A stretch of DNA of 63,612 nt, counting the filler, from Octopus bimaculoides (taxonomy: Eukaryota), in the NCBI RefSeq assembly GCF_001194135.2. It is 4 parts of 3 records of this genome, joined end to end, with 100 filler letters (N's around TTAATTAATTAA, not from the genome) between each part and the next. Parts side by side here need not be neighbours in the genome. Positions count along the whole stretch, not along the records: positions 1 to 22,774 come from NC_068990.1; 3 more parts are not named here. The stretch is one strand, 5' to 3'. The position numbers and the translations under genes were made by a program. Every line of letters begins with the position of its first letter. The first letter of the stretch is position 1. This document shows positions 1-13,629 of the stretch, piece by piece. Under the pieces are notes generated by a model. The model had not been told where the DNA came from. It did no database searches and saw only the letters and a list, made by a program, of their open reading frames with translations.

Positions 1-18
1 TATATATATATATATCAT

Positions 19-300
19 CATCATCATTGTTTAACATCCACCTTCCATGCTGGCATGGGTTGGACAGTTTGACAAGAGCCAGCCAGACAGGAGCCTGCAC
101 CAGACTTCTGTCCGTTTTGGCAGAATTTTTATGGCTGGATGCCCTTCCTAACACCAAACACTCAGCAGGGTGGACTGAGTACTTTTTATGTGACACAAGC
201 ACAGGCAAGGTCAGTTATGGCAAAGTTTTTACAGCTGGATGCCCTTCCAAATGTCAAACACTTTACAGTGTGGACTGGATGCTTTTATGTGGCATCAGCA
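19..300 (-). mobile_element. RTE-tail short repeat (3' end only)
   Basis: CATCATCAT...TTTAACATCCACCTTCCATGCTGGCATGGGTTGGAC...GCTGGATGCCCTTCCTAAC. Confidence 0.8.
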
Positions 301-1211
301 CTGGCAAACAGATCCTTTGAGAGGGGAGGGAGTATTGAAGGAGGCGATCTTGTACCAGATGATGAAAGGTTATAGTGAGACAGAGACAGAAACAGGTGTC
401 TTACTGTAGTACATGGCTACCCAGCCAGAGAGAGAGAGAGAGAGAGTGATGAGAATTGAAGACAGAAACAGGTGTACTGTTGTAAAGGAGATACATGATT
501 ACCCAGCCTAAGGGAAGAGCAGGAGGAGAGAGAGAGAAAGAGTGGAAGAGAACAAGAGAGTGATGGAAGAACAGGCAGTAAAAGGAGACTGATTAGAGAA
601 AAGAAAGAAAGAGAAAGGATAGGATAGTAGAGAAAGAGAAAGGAGACTTGCAAAAATCAGAGCAACAGAGTAGAAGGGTGACAGAAAAAGGGAGGGCTAA
701 ATACGAAAAGAGAAGTAAATAAAATAGAAATGAAGAAAGAAAAGAGTTATAGGATTTTCTTTTCTTTTTCTTTTTTTTTTTTTTGCTTTTGTGTTCAGAG
801 AGCAATGATACTTTTTTTTCAGGGCCTCTGAGATTGATGGGAAATTATACCCAACCAGAGACCTGGTCTGAATTCTTACAAAAGAAATGAGTTGAGAAAA
901 CTCAGGGACCAGGTGGTGATATTAAACTGGGTGACAGATTAAGTCTTCTATGAGAAGGAATACAAAGTAGAGATAATAAGAAAAGAAAATAATAAAGAGG
1001 GAATGAAAGAATGGAGAAAGAGTGAGAACATATGATACAGAGACTATATGACAAAAATGTATGAAGACAAGGAAAAGAAAGCTGAAAGAAGGGAATAGGT
1101 AGCAGAGTAAGATTCCTCAAAACCATAATTCTTGAAAGGGTATGTCAGACATGTACGTACTTTTATATCATATGAAGAGTTATTTGTGCACATGCTTAAC
1201 CACATACATAT

Positions 1212-1268
<57 letters not shown>

Positions 1269-1906
1269 TATACATGCACACACACGTATGTATGTATATA
1301 TCATCATTGTTTTAACATCCACTTTTTAACGCTTGGTATTTGTTGAGGTAGATTTTCTATAGCTGGTTGCCCTTCCTGTCATCAATCCTCACCTGTTTCC
1401 AAGCAAGGTAATATTTCCTCTTCGCCTGGTATGTTTTTCATGGAAGATTAGAAATAAAGGGCACTGCTGGTGTGATGGCAACTCTTGTTTTGATATCACT
1501 GGTGTGATATCAAAACAAGGAGATACACACATGTACACACATGCACAGATATGAATGACAGGCTAATTTCAATTTCCATGAACTAAATCTACTCACAAGA
1601 CATTGCTAAGCCTAGGATAGAGTAGAAGACTTGAGCCAACAGTGCCATGCAGGGGTGACTGAATGCAAATTTATATGGTTTAGAAGTAAACTTCTAAACC
1701 ATACAGTCATGTCTGCATGTGTGTGTGTGAAGGGGAGACGTGTATATATATCCATCCATCTCCTCTCACTATCCTTGGGGATGGTTATGGGAGTAGAGCC
1801 CTCAGGCATGTCCTGCATAGAGTCCTATCAGAAGCAACTGTCATTAGATTTTCCATCAGGATTCCCAAGTGCAACCAAATAAGTCTGTGGATATGATATA
1901 TATGAT

Positions 1907-1949
<43 letters not shown>

Positions 1950-3333
1950 NNNNNNNNNNACACACATATCAGTGTATGCATGTGAGGTTGAACACATTCA
2001 CAAATAGCAATTATAAACCCCACAGAAAACCCAATTAAAGCATGTATATCGACTGTCTTAATATTAAGAACCTTGTTAAGCATATAATGCAGTACCCAAA
2101 GTGACATTAATAGCAACTCCAAAAAAGATTTAAAAAAAAACAATTTTACACCCAATGAGGTACAACCCATGAACAACAAAATCACAAAACACTAAACTAT
2201 ATCATCAATTGGTTTAATTTTCATTTTATCCTCAACATGAACTCTAAGAAAGCTAAAACTACAAATTTGAAAGAATAGCATTGTTTTGCTTGAAGCATTG
2301 CGGTACAGAAGTAAAATAACAAATAATGAAGGAGAGATTCTAACAATCAAAGGGAAAGTTGAGTAACCTTCATATATTAGGCACAAATGCACCTCATCAG
2401 AAGTTTCGACTTTCCCTTTCGCATTGTTAGAAACTTTCCTTTATTATTTATAAATTTGATTTCCCTTTTTTTTATCCCCCTCACTAACAAACTGCACCAG
2501 CTATTCAATTCTCAAAATACCAGGGTGAACTTTGTTTTATGCCATTGGTAACGTTTTGATAAGTAGTAACCATGCCCAAACCACAACGTGCGGCTAGTAA
2601 GCACACATTCAGTGTTTCTTCGCATTTAAATAAACAACCTTATGCCTCAGTACAAAAACAATGACAGGGGAGATAACCACCACGATACTCGTTCATTGTT
2701 GACTGAGCTGATTTGATTACTTTCCTTACTAAAGGTCCATTTCATTACAGAGTCCCTAACATAAGTGTGTGTATGAGGGACTCTTTGCAAATCATTATAT
2801 GACCAACAAATCCACCTTTAAATATGCAAGTAAGAGGAATGCAAAATTATCAAGCTACAGAGGTATAAAGGGAAGCATACAAAGTTTAAATCTTATGGTC
2901 CACAATAATACATTAGCAGAGCTTTCAGCAATCCCTGTATTAAGGAAAAATTCCAAATATTAACTAAAGCAATGCGTATTCTAAATATAGGAACAGAGTT
3001 AATAAGTAGGTGCCATCATGCAAATAAGTTTCAACCCTGCAATTGTAATAAAGCCTTCAAATCAGTTTAATTTGCCAAATAGAAGCTGTCAACACACCAA
3101 AAGTTCAACTGACAACCTGGATAAAGCTATTCAGGAGCCTGTATCATGTTGTTCTCTTTCTGCCATAGCACCTCATTCTACTAGAGTGCTCAACAGCAAC
3201 CATTTTCATCTCAGGAATGCATAAAGACATGAAATTCTGTGTACTGAAATGTGAAGTAGCCTAAGCTACTTAGCCATGACAGAACGTTGACCAAAGACCA
3301 TTCAATTTTTTTTCTCCGTGTTTTTATCCGTAT

Positions 3334-3370
3334 TCTTTCTGTTGAAGAGCGTAGCTCGAAACATTAAAGA
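3334..3370 (+). ncRNA. Degenerate minimal type I hammerhead-like motif
   Basis: TCTTT CTGTTGA A GAGC gta GCTC GAAA CA TT AAAGA: stem I TCTTT/AAAGA, stem II GAGC/GCTC. Core has U at position 6 and CA where CG is expected. Confidence 0.45.
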
Positions 3371-3459
3371 CTTTCTGTATTCCCGAGCATCAAACTAATA
3401 CATCCTTTTGTTGTTTACACCACCTGTGCTCGTCTGTTGTTTTTTTTTTTCGTACATTC

Positions 3460-4335
3460 TCCCATGCTAGAATAAGAATAGCCTGGGCAAAGTTTAGAGA
3501 GCTCTTACCCCTGCTGGCGACAAAGGGACTCTCACTCAGAGTAAAAGGCAGACTGTATGACGCATGCGTACGAACAACCATGCTACATGGCAGTGAAACA
3601 TGGGCTGTAACTGCTGAGGACATACGTAAGCTCGCAAGGAATGAAGCCAGTATGCTCCGTTGGATGTGTAATGTCAATGTGAATACCCGTCAGAGTGTAA
3701 GTATCTTGAGAGAAAAGCTGAACATTAGAAGCATCAGTTGTGGCGTGCAAGAGAGACGATTGCGCTGGTATGGACATGTGGTGAGANNNNNNNNNNNNNN
3801 NNNNNNNNNNNNNNNNNNNNNNNNNNNNNNNNNNNNNNNNNNNNNNNNNNNNNNNNNNNNNNNNNNNNNNNNNNNNNNNNNNNNNNNNNNNNNNNNNNNN
3901 NNNNNNNNNNNNNNNNNNNNNNNNNNNNNNNNNNNNNNNNNNNNNNNNNNNNNNNNNNNNNNNNNNNNNNNNNNNNNNNNNNNNNNNNNNNNNNNNNNNN
4001 NNNNNNNNNNNNNNNNNNNNNNNNNNNNNNNNNNNNNNNNNNNNNNNNNNNNNNNNNNNNNNNNNNNNNNNNNNNNNNNNNNNNNNNNNNNNNNNNNNNN
4101 NNNNNNNNNNNGGCACATAAAAGACACCATTTCGAGCGTGGCCGTTTTCGTGCGGGTGACACGTAAAAGCACCCACTACACTCTCTGAGTGGTTGGCGTT
4201 AGGAAGGGCATCCAGCTGTAGAAACTCTGCCAAATCAGACTGGAGCCTGGTGTTGCCATCCGGTTTCACCAGTCCTCAGTCAAATCGTCCAACCCATGCT
4301 AGCATGGAAAGCGGACGTTAAACGATGATGATGAT
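3460..4335 (+). mobile_element. 5'-truncated RTE-clade LINE (RT C-terminus, gap, 3' tail)
   Basis: RIRIAWAKFRELLP...LHGSETW...RRLRWYGHV, then after the N gap the 3' tail ending GTTAAACGATGATGATG. Confidence 0.85.
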
Positions 4336-4404
4336 ATATGCATAAATTTATTCTTTCCTACACACTGACTTCACTAAGAAATATTTGGTAGGACCTGTGA
4401 CTAA

Positions 4405-4650
4405 CATCAGTTAACGTCTGCTTTCTATGCAGGCATGGGTTGGATGATTTAACAGGAGCTGGTAAGGATGGGACCCACACCGAGCTCCATTGTCTGTTCT
4501 GGCATGGTTTCTACAGCTGGATGCCCTTCTTAATGACAAGCACTTTACAGAGTGTACTGGGTGCTTTTTACATAGCACCATCACCAGTGCTTTCTATGTG
4601 GCACCACCAAAGGTGCTTTTTACAGGGCACCATTACAAGTACGTTTTCCA
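4405..4650 (-). mobile_element. RTE-tail short repeat, inverted relative to the 4112-4335 tail
   Basis: Same tail motifs in reverse orientation. Confidence 0.78.
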
Positions 4651-4879
4651 TAGTACCAGCACTGGTATCAATTATGCTGTTGTGGACAGGTCTTCCTGAG
4701 TACAGCAAGGCATCAGATGTTTCCGCCCTTTATCGTCTCCTTCATAACATACAGTGTCTTCAGTACTTCATCCCATGTCTTCCTGGGCCTCCTTCTTCCA
4801 GGAGTTCCATCCACTTTAAGTGATTGGCACTTCAGTACACAAAGTTCTTCAAGGCTGTGCCCCAGCATAGCCACAATCT

Positions 4880-5280
4880 AAGACATGGCTGTGAAGTAAG
4901 ACGTTTGCTTCCTGACCACATGGTTCCCGGTTCAGTTCCACTGCCTGTGGGGCACCTTAGGCAAGTGTCTCCTACCATATCTTCAGACCAACCAAAGCCT
5001 TGAGTGGATTTGGTAGATGGAAACTGAAAGAAGCCTGTCATATATAGATATATGTATATATCTATGTGTATGTCTCTGTTTGTCCCCATAACTGCTTGAC
5101 AATCAGTGGTGGTGTGCTTATGTCTCCCATAACTTAGCAGTTCAGCAAAAGCGACTAATAGAATAAGTACTAGGCTTCAAAAAAATAAGTCCTAGGGTCG
5201 ATTTGTTTGAATAAATTCCTTCAAGGTGGTGCTCCAGCATGGCCACAGTCAAATGACTGAAACAAGTAAAAGAGAAAAGA
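4880..5280 (+). mobile_element. Full-length tRNA-derived SINE (abundant octopus-type family)
   Basis: A-box-like TGGCTGTG, B-box-like GGTTCAGTTCC, CORE-like CACCTTAGGCAAGTG, central microsatellite, tail CAGCATGGCCACAGTCAAATGACTGAAACAAGTAAAAGA. Confidence 0.85.
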
Positions 5281-7200
5281 TATATATATATGTATATAAT
5301 TAAAATGAATCACCTGAGTAATTAAACATTCCACCCAAGTGACACAGATTCCAAAAGAAAGCACAAACACATGCCAAAAGCATACACTGACACCTACACA
5401 GATAAATGTGTTTTGTGTGTCAGTTTATACACACAGTTTCTTTAGTATTTTAGGTCAGATATATATTATGATGGACATATTTAATCAAACACTCCTGTTA
5501 AAATTTAAACAAAAATGTAAATGATGTTATAGGCTTAATGTACAAGATGTGATATAGTCATACATGAAAAAACAATTACCTTAGGCTCACACAGTAAGTA
5601 GAACTACAACAAAATATTCAACTAAAACATAGTAAAAACACATTATGGTTAGATGTGATTCTCAATATATGGTGTCTAGTCAAAACAGTTGAATATATCA
5701 GCACAGTATATATATATATTGGTTAAGAGTGCTGAAATCAATGTTATTGCAATCAATGTTTACTATAGCAGGTCTCAGGTGTAAGTCAGCCTTGCTTTTC
5801 ATCCTTGCATGAACAAATAAAATAAGTAAACAGCAATTTAAGTAAAAGGCATCAAGTACACTAGTCCCACAAATCTAGGAGGACTTGCAAAGATTGTGGA
5901 CCCTCTTCTTCCCCCTCTAAATATTTTACTAAAATAAACCAAGTTGTAAAAATAAAAACATGTCCATGACCTAAGAGACTTCAAATGGCTTCAGGGTATT
6001 AAACAAAGGTAATAAATGTAGTTAGTCATTCAAGATGATCAGGTACTCATTCTTCCCAAAATCTAAATGAAATAGAGTTGAGAATTGAGTTAACTACCCA
6101 GACACACAGTTAAATAATGCCATCAAAGGATTTTAACACAACACTAATGCATGTCCGTCACTTTATTTCAGAAATCAACTGTGGTTAAACAAGAGTGGGA
6201 TGGGCTCTATCAGGTCTAAAATGACAGAGCTTAGCAACAAGAAGCTGGAATTTGCTGATTTTATGTTCATGGTGGAAGAGGGAAAATATTTCTGGCAAGT
6301 TTATTGCTTAAAACAGAAGTATTTATTGTATTTTGGTAGCTGCCATTCCTTCCTGGAGGCCATACAATACATTCTGCTTTCAAAGTCCTTGGACTTAGAC
6401 ACAAATGAGAGTTCTAGGGGGCCTGGACAGGACACTGTAGTATTTGAATGACAATAGGTCTCAAATGAGAGGAGTAGCAGTGCTATTGTCAAGTGACTTT
6501 CATCAGTGACTTTGTTCCTTTTGTGCCAGTAATCACAAAAGGAACAAAAGCCTCTGAAATTTGTGCTTACCTTGAATTATCAAGTTTTTGGACCTAAGTT
6601 AGTATCTTCAAACTGTTTACAAACATGAGAGTCAGTCTATTTTAAAGTTAAACTGTTTGGTCATCTTGCTAAAAATTTATTGCAGAGGGAATATTTCCTT
6701 CCAACATAAATTGCACCATGGACTCAGTTTCTATAAGCTCAAGAATTAAAAAAACATACATATTGATACCAAAACTGTTCCTCAAACTGTAACACATTTT
6801 TACTGTGTGAAAAAAAAAAATGCTTGAGTCTATGGCATAAGCTGGCAGCTGTTGCAAGCAGTCATACTTGTAAATCAATAGACGCTGTTGTGGATCACAA
6901 GTAGTTCACTATCCTGTAGATAATTTAGATTCATTGGAACCTTCATGCCTATTGCAACATACACTTCAGCACAAATATCAAAAGATCCCAAATAATACAA
7001 CTGCATAATTCATATCAGCTTATATTAAGAAACTAATGTCATGTTATAAAGCCTATTAATTTCACTGAACATACCAAAAGAGATGATATGATTATACTGA
7101 GAATGCCATCTATAAACGGACCAGCTACACAAACTGAAAGCAATATCATAGATAGAGAAATGAAGGATATGAAAGCAGAGAAAGTTTCACTATGGGTAGA

Positions 7201-7483
7201 TTAACCCATAAACTGCTGGGATTTTGCTGTATGTAACACGAACTGCTGAGCCTATTTTGGGTAAAGTTATACTGCCAATCAACATTGATCTATCACTCGA
7301 AAAAAATACTCAGTGTTTCTTAACACCTTCTGTGATTGACTACACTGTTTCTGGGGTGAAAGGGTATCATGTGCATACATTATACGTCATCAAACTTAGG
7401 TTAGATCATACCCTACTTCTGTGGCCACGCACGTGGCCGGTCGCACTGGCCACGCATGTGGCCTATCGCAGTTTATGGGTTAA
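7201..7483. mobile_element. piggyBac-type MITE
   Basis: TTAA-CCCATAAACTGC ... GCAGTTTATGGG-TTAA: perfect 12-bp TIR inside TTAA target duplication. Confidence 0.85.
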
Positions 7484-8559
7484 AGTGTCTGACAGAGTAG
7501 GGCATGCACTACTCAACTACAATGTTAATGAAATAGTATATACCATGCAAGGGCAATTAAGATGCACTAGAAAGAGAAAATTACAGTGGCATCAAGTTGA
7601 TGGACCAGATTATGAAAGTTACTATGCCACAGCACAACTGATTAAGAAAAGAATTAGCCTAGAATGAGATGAAGCTTGACTTTGTGTCAAGAGATAGTAT
7701 TGATCCAAGTGAGACAGCTACAAAGGAAGTGCTTAGCTAAAAGTAAGCTGCTGTACGCAACACTTGCTAATCTGGAGAAGGTCTTTGGCAAGGTTTTACA
7801 CTCTGAAATTTGGTAGCCATGAAGGAAACAAGATAATTGGCTTGTGAAGACCAGCTGTTCTAGGGTACCTCTATATATGCTGATACCCTTGTTCTTATTT
7901 TCAATCTATAGTAGAGTAAGAGAGGCAATTCCTGATGTGAAAAGAATTTCTTGAATTGAGAGGCCACAAATTAAACTCAGTAAAGACTGCAGCTTTAGTA
8001 AGTAGAAAAGATAAAATGGCTGTACTTAATACACAGAAAAAGAGTAAGTAGAAATTCCATAAGGTATACCCAGTGTTGAAACTATAGAGACACAAAAGAT
8101 GAAGTAGAATCACAAGCATGCTAAAAGAGGAAGTAGACTTTGTATGCACCAAATGCTAAGGATCATTAAGCACTCAGAACATGCATGAGCTAGACCTTCT
8201 CAAAATCCCTTAAGGCTTCCTAAAAGTAATTGTTACTTTCTGTTACCTAAGTGAACTAATTAGCAGTGAAGGTAGGTGCTTCAAAAGCATTATAAATAGA
8301 GCAAGAACAGATTAGAGAAGGTCCAGAGAGCTATTACCTCAGCTAGTAATAAAGGGATTCTCTCCCAGAGTGAAGAGCAGATTGTCTGGTGATTGCACAT
8401 GAAGTGCAATGCTGTATGGTAGCAAGATGTGAGCCCTAAATACAAAAGATTTTTGTGAAGAAAGAAATTAAACAAACATGCGTGTGTAACGTTAAAATTC
8501 ATAAACACTAGAGTACAAATTAGTTGAGAGAAAAGCTGGGTAAAAATGGTAATTAGATG

Positions 8560-9300
8560 TGGTGTGCCAAAATGAAGACTGCACTGGTATGGGCGTGTAA
8601 TATATATGGACAAAGATAGTTGTATAAAGAAGTGCAGGGTGCACCAAGTGGATGGAGGGAGACCTAGGAAGACAAGGGATGAAGTGATGAAGACTGATCT
8701 TAGTATGCTAAGCCTGAGATTTAACTATCTGGGAATGGGCAACATGAGGTAGAGAAGAACAGTGCAAGCATACAAAACAAACATTAATTTACTGGTACTG
8801 ATAGAGGCTGGGTGATATGATATATCTGTATTTGGGTCTCTCACACAATATGCCCTTAAGTTTGTACAGGCATCGTATAATCTACCTTTCACTTTGAGAG
8901 AGAGGCCCTTCATTACCAACAGAAGTAGTAACTCTCTGAACTTTGCCCAGCCTGTTCTTATTCTAGCAATTATTCTTTCGAAACAATCACCCCAACTTCT
9001 AACCTGGTTACCTAAGTAACTGTCTACTACTTCTAGGGCTCCCCCTGACATATGAGGGAGTCTATTCTTTATGTATTCCTGGTGTTTAATGTACCTGCAC
9101 ATCTGCCACAGGTAAAGACTACCTTCTCCATTAGTTGCCCAGTAATACTGCTGCACCTCTTATGTGTCCATAGCTTGCATTGGGTACACCTTATAGAGTT
9201 TCTTCCAACACCAGGAAGGCAGTAACTCCAAATATAAACTAACTTTGGCAATGACAACCCATCCAACCAGTAAGCAAAGTGGATATAAAAGGATTTGGCC
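8560..9300 (-). mobile_element. Decayed RTE-clade LINE fragment
   Basis: IARIRTGWAKFRELL...KVKGRLYDAC and GVGRNSIRCTQCKLWTHKRCS, with stops and frameshifts. Confidence 0.82.
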
Positions 9301-9620
9301 TGCAAGTGCCACATGAAAGCACCTGTGCTGGCAGTATGTAAAAAGCTCCTGTACCAGCATCACGTAATAGCACCCATGCCAGCACCACATTATAGCACAA
9401 ATGCCAGTGCCACATAACAGCACCTGTGCTGGTTTCAAGTAAAAAGCACCCAGCACACTCTGTGAAGTGGTCAGTGTTAGGAAGGGCATCCAGCCATAGA
9501 AACCAGACCAAATCAGACTGAAATCTGGTGCAGCTCTCCTGCTTGCCAGCTCTGGTCATATTGTCAAACTCATGCCAGCATGAAAAACAGATGTATGATG
9601 ATGATGATGATGATGATGAT
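9295..9620 (+). mobile_element. RTE-tail short repeat
   Basis: Tail motifs and (GAT)n end. Confidence 0.78.
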
Positions 9621-10849
9621 GATTATATGTGTGCGACACTATGATATTTAAAGCTTTCTCATAACATACACATTGATTAGATTTGCTTGGGCCATGCTGA
9701 AAACAACTTAGCAGGAAATTGCAGCTTCCACATATAGGCATATAACAATAAGAAAACAATGTGTAAAACTTTATACATAACAACTCCTTCAGATAAGATT
9801 TTTCAGCAGATTAACTTCTAAGAAAAACTCTGTGAAAAATACTATGAAAAAATCCTTGTGATACATTTCAAAACTAGTGATTAGTGAATCAAAATGTGTT
9901 TAGCATGTGATAAACTGGTTTTATCTCTGGGTGTGGCTTATGATTGATGATATAAATAGCACATACTATCTGTTGCCTGTCTCAAACTAAGTGAATGTTG
10001 TTCATTGTAGAAGTTGTGTTTTGTAGTTAAATTTGGATTCTGTCATTGCATATTTTGAAGGTAATGAGACTTGGCTCATGCTAGTTATAAGTCAACAAGA
10101 GGTCAACTCAGGGTTTATGTTGTGCACTAGTACACATACAGAGACACACATACATTATGTATGTCTCTATATATATATAGGCATCCACATATCTGCATGT
10201 ATTCATATATATATTCTAACACAGATATATATTCATAAACATATACAAAATTATATAAAATGAGCTAAATGAAATAAATGGGAGAATGGCATGAATTTGG
10301 ATGAGTTAAAGGGTGCTCTGTACTTGCCATTGGCGCTTTTCAGTTGTTAGACTTTACTCATTCTTGCAATTATGTAAATGGTACTAGCCAAATATTATTC
10401 CTGCCTTTTTTTTTTTTCTCCATATGTAAAAGTCTTCGTAACTGATTAACAAGATTTTAATAGAGTATACTACAATGATGAGGTCTAATAAACTGAAATA
10501 TGTCCACAGCTACCCCTTGCCTGCATACAAACACCAGACTTTTAGATCAGTTCAAATATGTGAGGGACATTTCACCAGCACAAAGACCATATTTGCTGCT
10601 AATTTGCCAAGGAGAACTTTTCGCACTTTTGGCAATAAGTATTGAAAACCACCAACAGTTATTTCAAGGCATCCTCTCTTGACAAAATAGTGAATGCATT
10701 TCTATCTCCTTGACTATCATCAGCACTGTGTACTGCAAGAGAGACAACTCTGAAATGACTTTGAGAAACATTTGTTTCCTTGTAGTAAAAGAGCATCAAA
10801 ACATAAGCTGATCACAAATGACACTGGCCCCAGCCAAATAAAATATTAC

Positions 10850-12990
10850 ATTGGGTGCGTGAAAGCAGTATTGTGAATAAACAAATATTTAGATGCGCCA
10901 TGTTGAAGCACAAACACCAACCCACTGGGGTAATGTTGCAATCATCACGATCAGCAAGGAACAACATGTAGAAGACAGCGAGACACTGTGCAAACGACTA
11001 CTGGTTACAACTATGCAAAGATATCCAACAGTCATCTAACACACGTAACATTCACACAATGTATGAGGGCATCTAGAAAGCCATTGGCCTAACCCAGAGC
11101 AAGATATCTCCACTCAAAGTTATAAGAGGAAATCATCAAGGGCAAAAGAGAAGGGTTGGAGAGCTGGATGGAATATTATTTCAAACTCTACACCAAAGAA
11201 AATAACATCCAGGGCAGCACACTAGACACTGTGGAATACCTACCCATCATAGAGGAGCTGGATGCACTGTCAACTGCTGAAGAACCAAGAAGAGCCATTG
11301 ATGGTTTGCTCGCTGGAAAGGCACCAGGATCAGACAGCATCCCACCAGAGGTTGTTACGTGTGCAAAGGGAGTTCTACTCAGCTGCTTGTTGAAACTACT
11401 GTGTCAGTGCTAGGTAGAGGGAACAGTCTCACAAGACATGAGAGACTGCAACATTGTCACCCAATATAAAGGGGACAGAAGCAACTACAATAGCTACCGA
11501 GGTATCTTGCTGCTAAGCATCATCGGGAAGGTCTTTACCCATGTGGTCCTAAACAGACTATAGAAAATTGTGGAGAGGGTATACTCTAAATTTCAGTGTA
11601 GTTTCAGGTCAGAATGCTCTACTATCATCATGATCTCTCTTCGACAGCTATAGAAGTGTTGAGAGCCATGGTAACCACTCTACATCACCTTCAGTGACCT
11701 CATGAAGGTTTTTGAGCTAGTAGAGACAGCCTGTTCCAAATCCTTGCCAAGATTGGCCATCCTCCAAGACTTCTCAGAATAATCCAATTGTTTCATATAG
11801 ATATGAAAAGTGTCGTTGAATTTGATTGCTCTTCTTCTGAGGCGTTCAATATATGGAGTGGTGTGAAGCAGGGCTGTATGCTTGTCCACAGCCTATTTGG
11901 TGTCTTTTTCACAGTCATGCTGAAACACACATTTGGAACATCAACTGATGGTGTCTATCTCTACACCAGATCAGACAGGAAACTGTTTAATCTGTCAAGA
12001 CTAAAAGCAAAATCCAGGTTTTGTCAGGAACTCAAACAAATGCTTTCCAGATGATGCAGCACTGACAACACATGAGAGGAGCAAATGCAGCACCTTGTGG
12101 ACAAACTCTCAAGGGCCTACCAAGAATTCAGCCTGACCATTAGTCTAAAGAAAACCAATGTGCCAAGTACCCCACAACCATCACCAACTACAAGCTGAAG
12201 ATAGTCTACAAATTCAGCCAACTCAGCTCTGTCATCACTAATAATCTCTCTTTGGACTCCACGATCAACAGGCAATTTGGACAAGCATCCTCCACATTTG
12301 CCAGGCCGACGAAGAGTAAACCAACTAAAACACCAAGATTATTGTCTGCAAGGCATGCATCCTCAGCACACTACATTACAGCAGTGAGACATGGAACCTC
12401 TACTACAGACAAGAGCAGTGTCTCAACATCTTTCACCTTCATAGCCTGAGACAGATTTTGGATATCAAATGGACCGACCGAGTCATCAACACTGAAGTTC
12501 TCAACCGTGCCAAGATACTCAGCATATTCACCCTGCTCCAATAGCGCTACCTGTGCTGGCTCAGTCATGTATATCATATGCCTGGGAGTATGCCAAAAGA
12601 AGCCCTGTATGGGAAATTGGCCAGCAGCACAAGAGCATGAGGACAACCTCGTCTTCGTTTCAAGGATGTCTGTAAGAGAGATATGAAATCAATAGATCTG
12701 GATCCTGAGATGGGAAGAAGTCCCTGATGATCACCCACTGGAGACAAGTACAATGCAAGGGTATGGAGCAAGAGGAAGAGAAACTGAAACTTGCCACCAA
12801 AGAAAAGCACACTCAAAGAAAGGAAGCCACAGTAGTGTCAGTGGAGAGCATCTTCAAAAACAGTCACTGCATACAAAACTGCCACACCTGTGTGGGCCTG
12901 TAGTCACAGCAGATGATGTACTGCCATCAGTAGCGGACACAAAATTCTCCAGACACAGATCCATAGTCTTTCAAGACCAACAGATGTAGA
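10850..12990 (+). mobile_element. Decayed RTE/BovB-like LINE, RT region to 3' end
   Basis: GKAPGSDSIPPEV, SGVKQGC...LFGVFF...GVYLYTRSDRKLFNLSRLKAK; many stops; CpG-decayed. Confidence 0.88.
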
Positions 12991-13108
12991 TATTAGCAAT
13001 CTGTATATCATACTTAAAGCACACACACACACACATATATATTCTTTTATATGTTTTAGCCCTGAAGCTGTGGCCATGCTGGGGAACTACCAGTATACTG
13101 TTGAAAGA

Positions 13109-13322
13109 CTTCTAAACTGTGGTACATGTCTTGAGATATCAGCTCTTATAGACATATAGTGTTAAAAAATACCAAAATATATCAGCAGCAGACGAAATTA
13201 GTCCAGCAATGCTACCACTTCAGCTGGATGATTTTCATCTGCTGCTGATATATTTCTGGGTTTTTTTTCAACACTATACGTCTACAATTAATGCTTTCTC
13301 AAGATGAACACCAGTTTAGAAG
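13109..13322. repeat. Imperfect foldback element
   Basis: TATATCAGCAGCAGA and TCTGCTGCTGATATA arms, with outer CTTCTAAACTG / CAGTTTAGAAG. Confidence 0.85.
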
Positions 13323-13629
13323 GCTTATGTATATCCTTTAAGAATGATACACAGATTACTAATATGAACTAATACTGCTTCTGTTGCTAATAATGAATAT
13401 ACGTATATGGCTGCATGGTAAGAAGTTTGCTTTCCAACCACATAGTTATGGGTTCAGTCCCACTGTATGACACCTTGGTTAAGTGCCTTCTACTATACCC
13501 CAGGCAAACCAAAGCCTTGTGAGTGGATTTGGTAGGCAGAGACTGAAAGAAGCCCATTGCATGTGTGCGTGTGTGTGTAAGATCATTAACTGAACTGTGT
13601 GAGAATGTGTGCTATGTCTCCTCACAACA

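Noticed and set aside
2368-2404. Minus-strand CTGATGA-GGTGC-attt-GTGCC
   Set aside because: Stem II is plausible, but GAAA is replaced by TAAT and there is no valid cleavage triplet.
4880-4960. tRNA-like sequences
   Set aside because: These are SINE heads with degenerate A/B boxes and no complete cloverleaf.
6565-6680. Minus-strand AG...AAG|GTAAGC exon-like segment as Rab18 exon 2
   Set aside because: Contains stops and has no Rab18 similarity.
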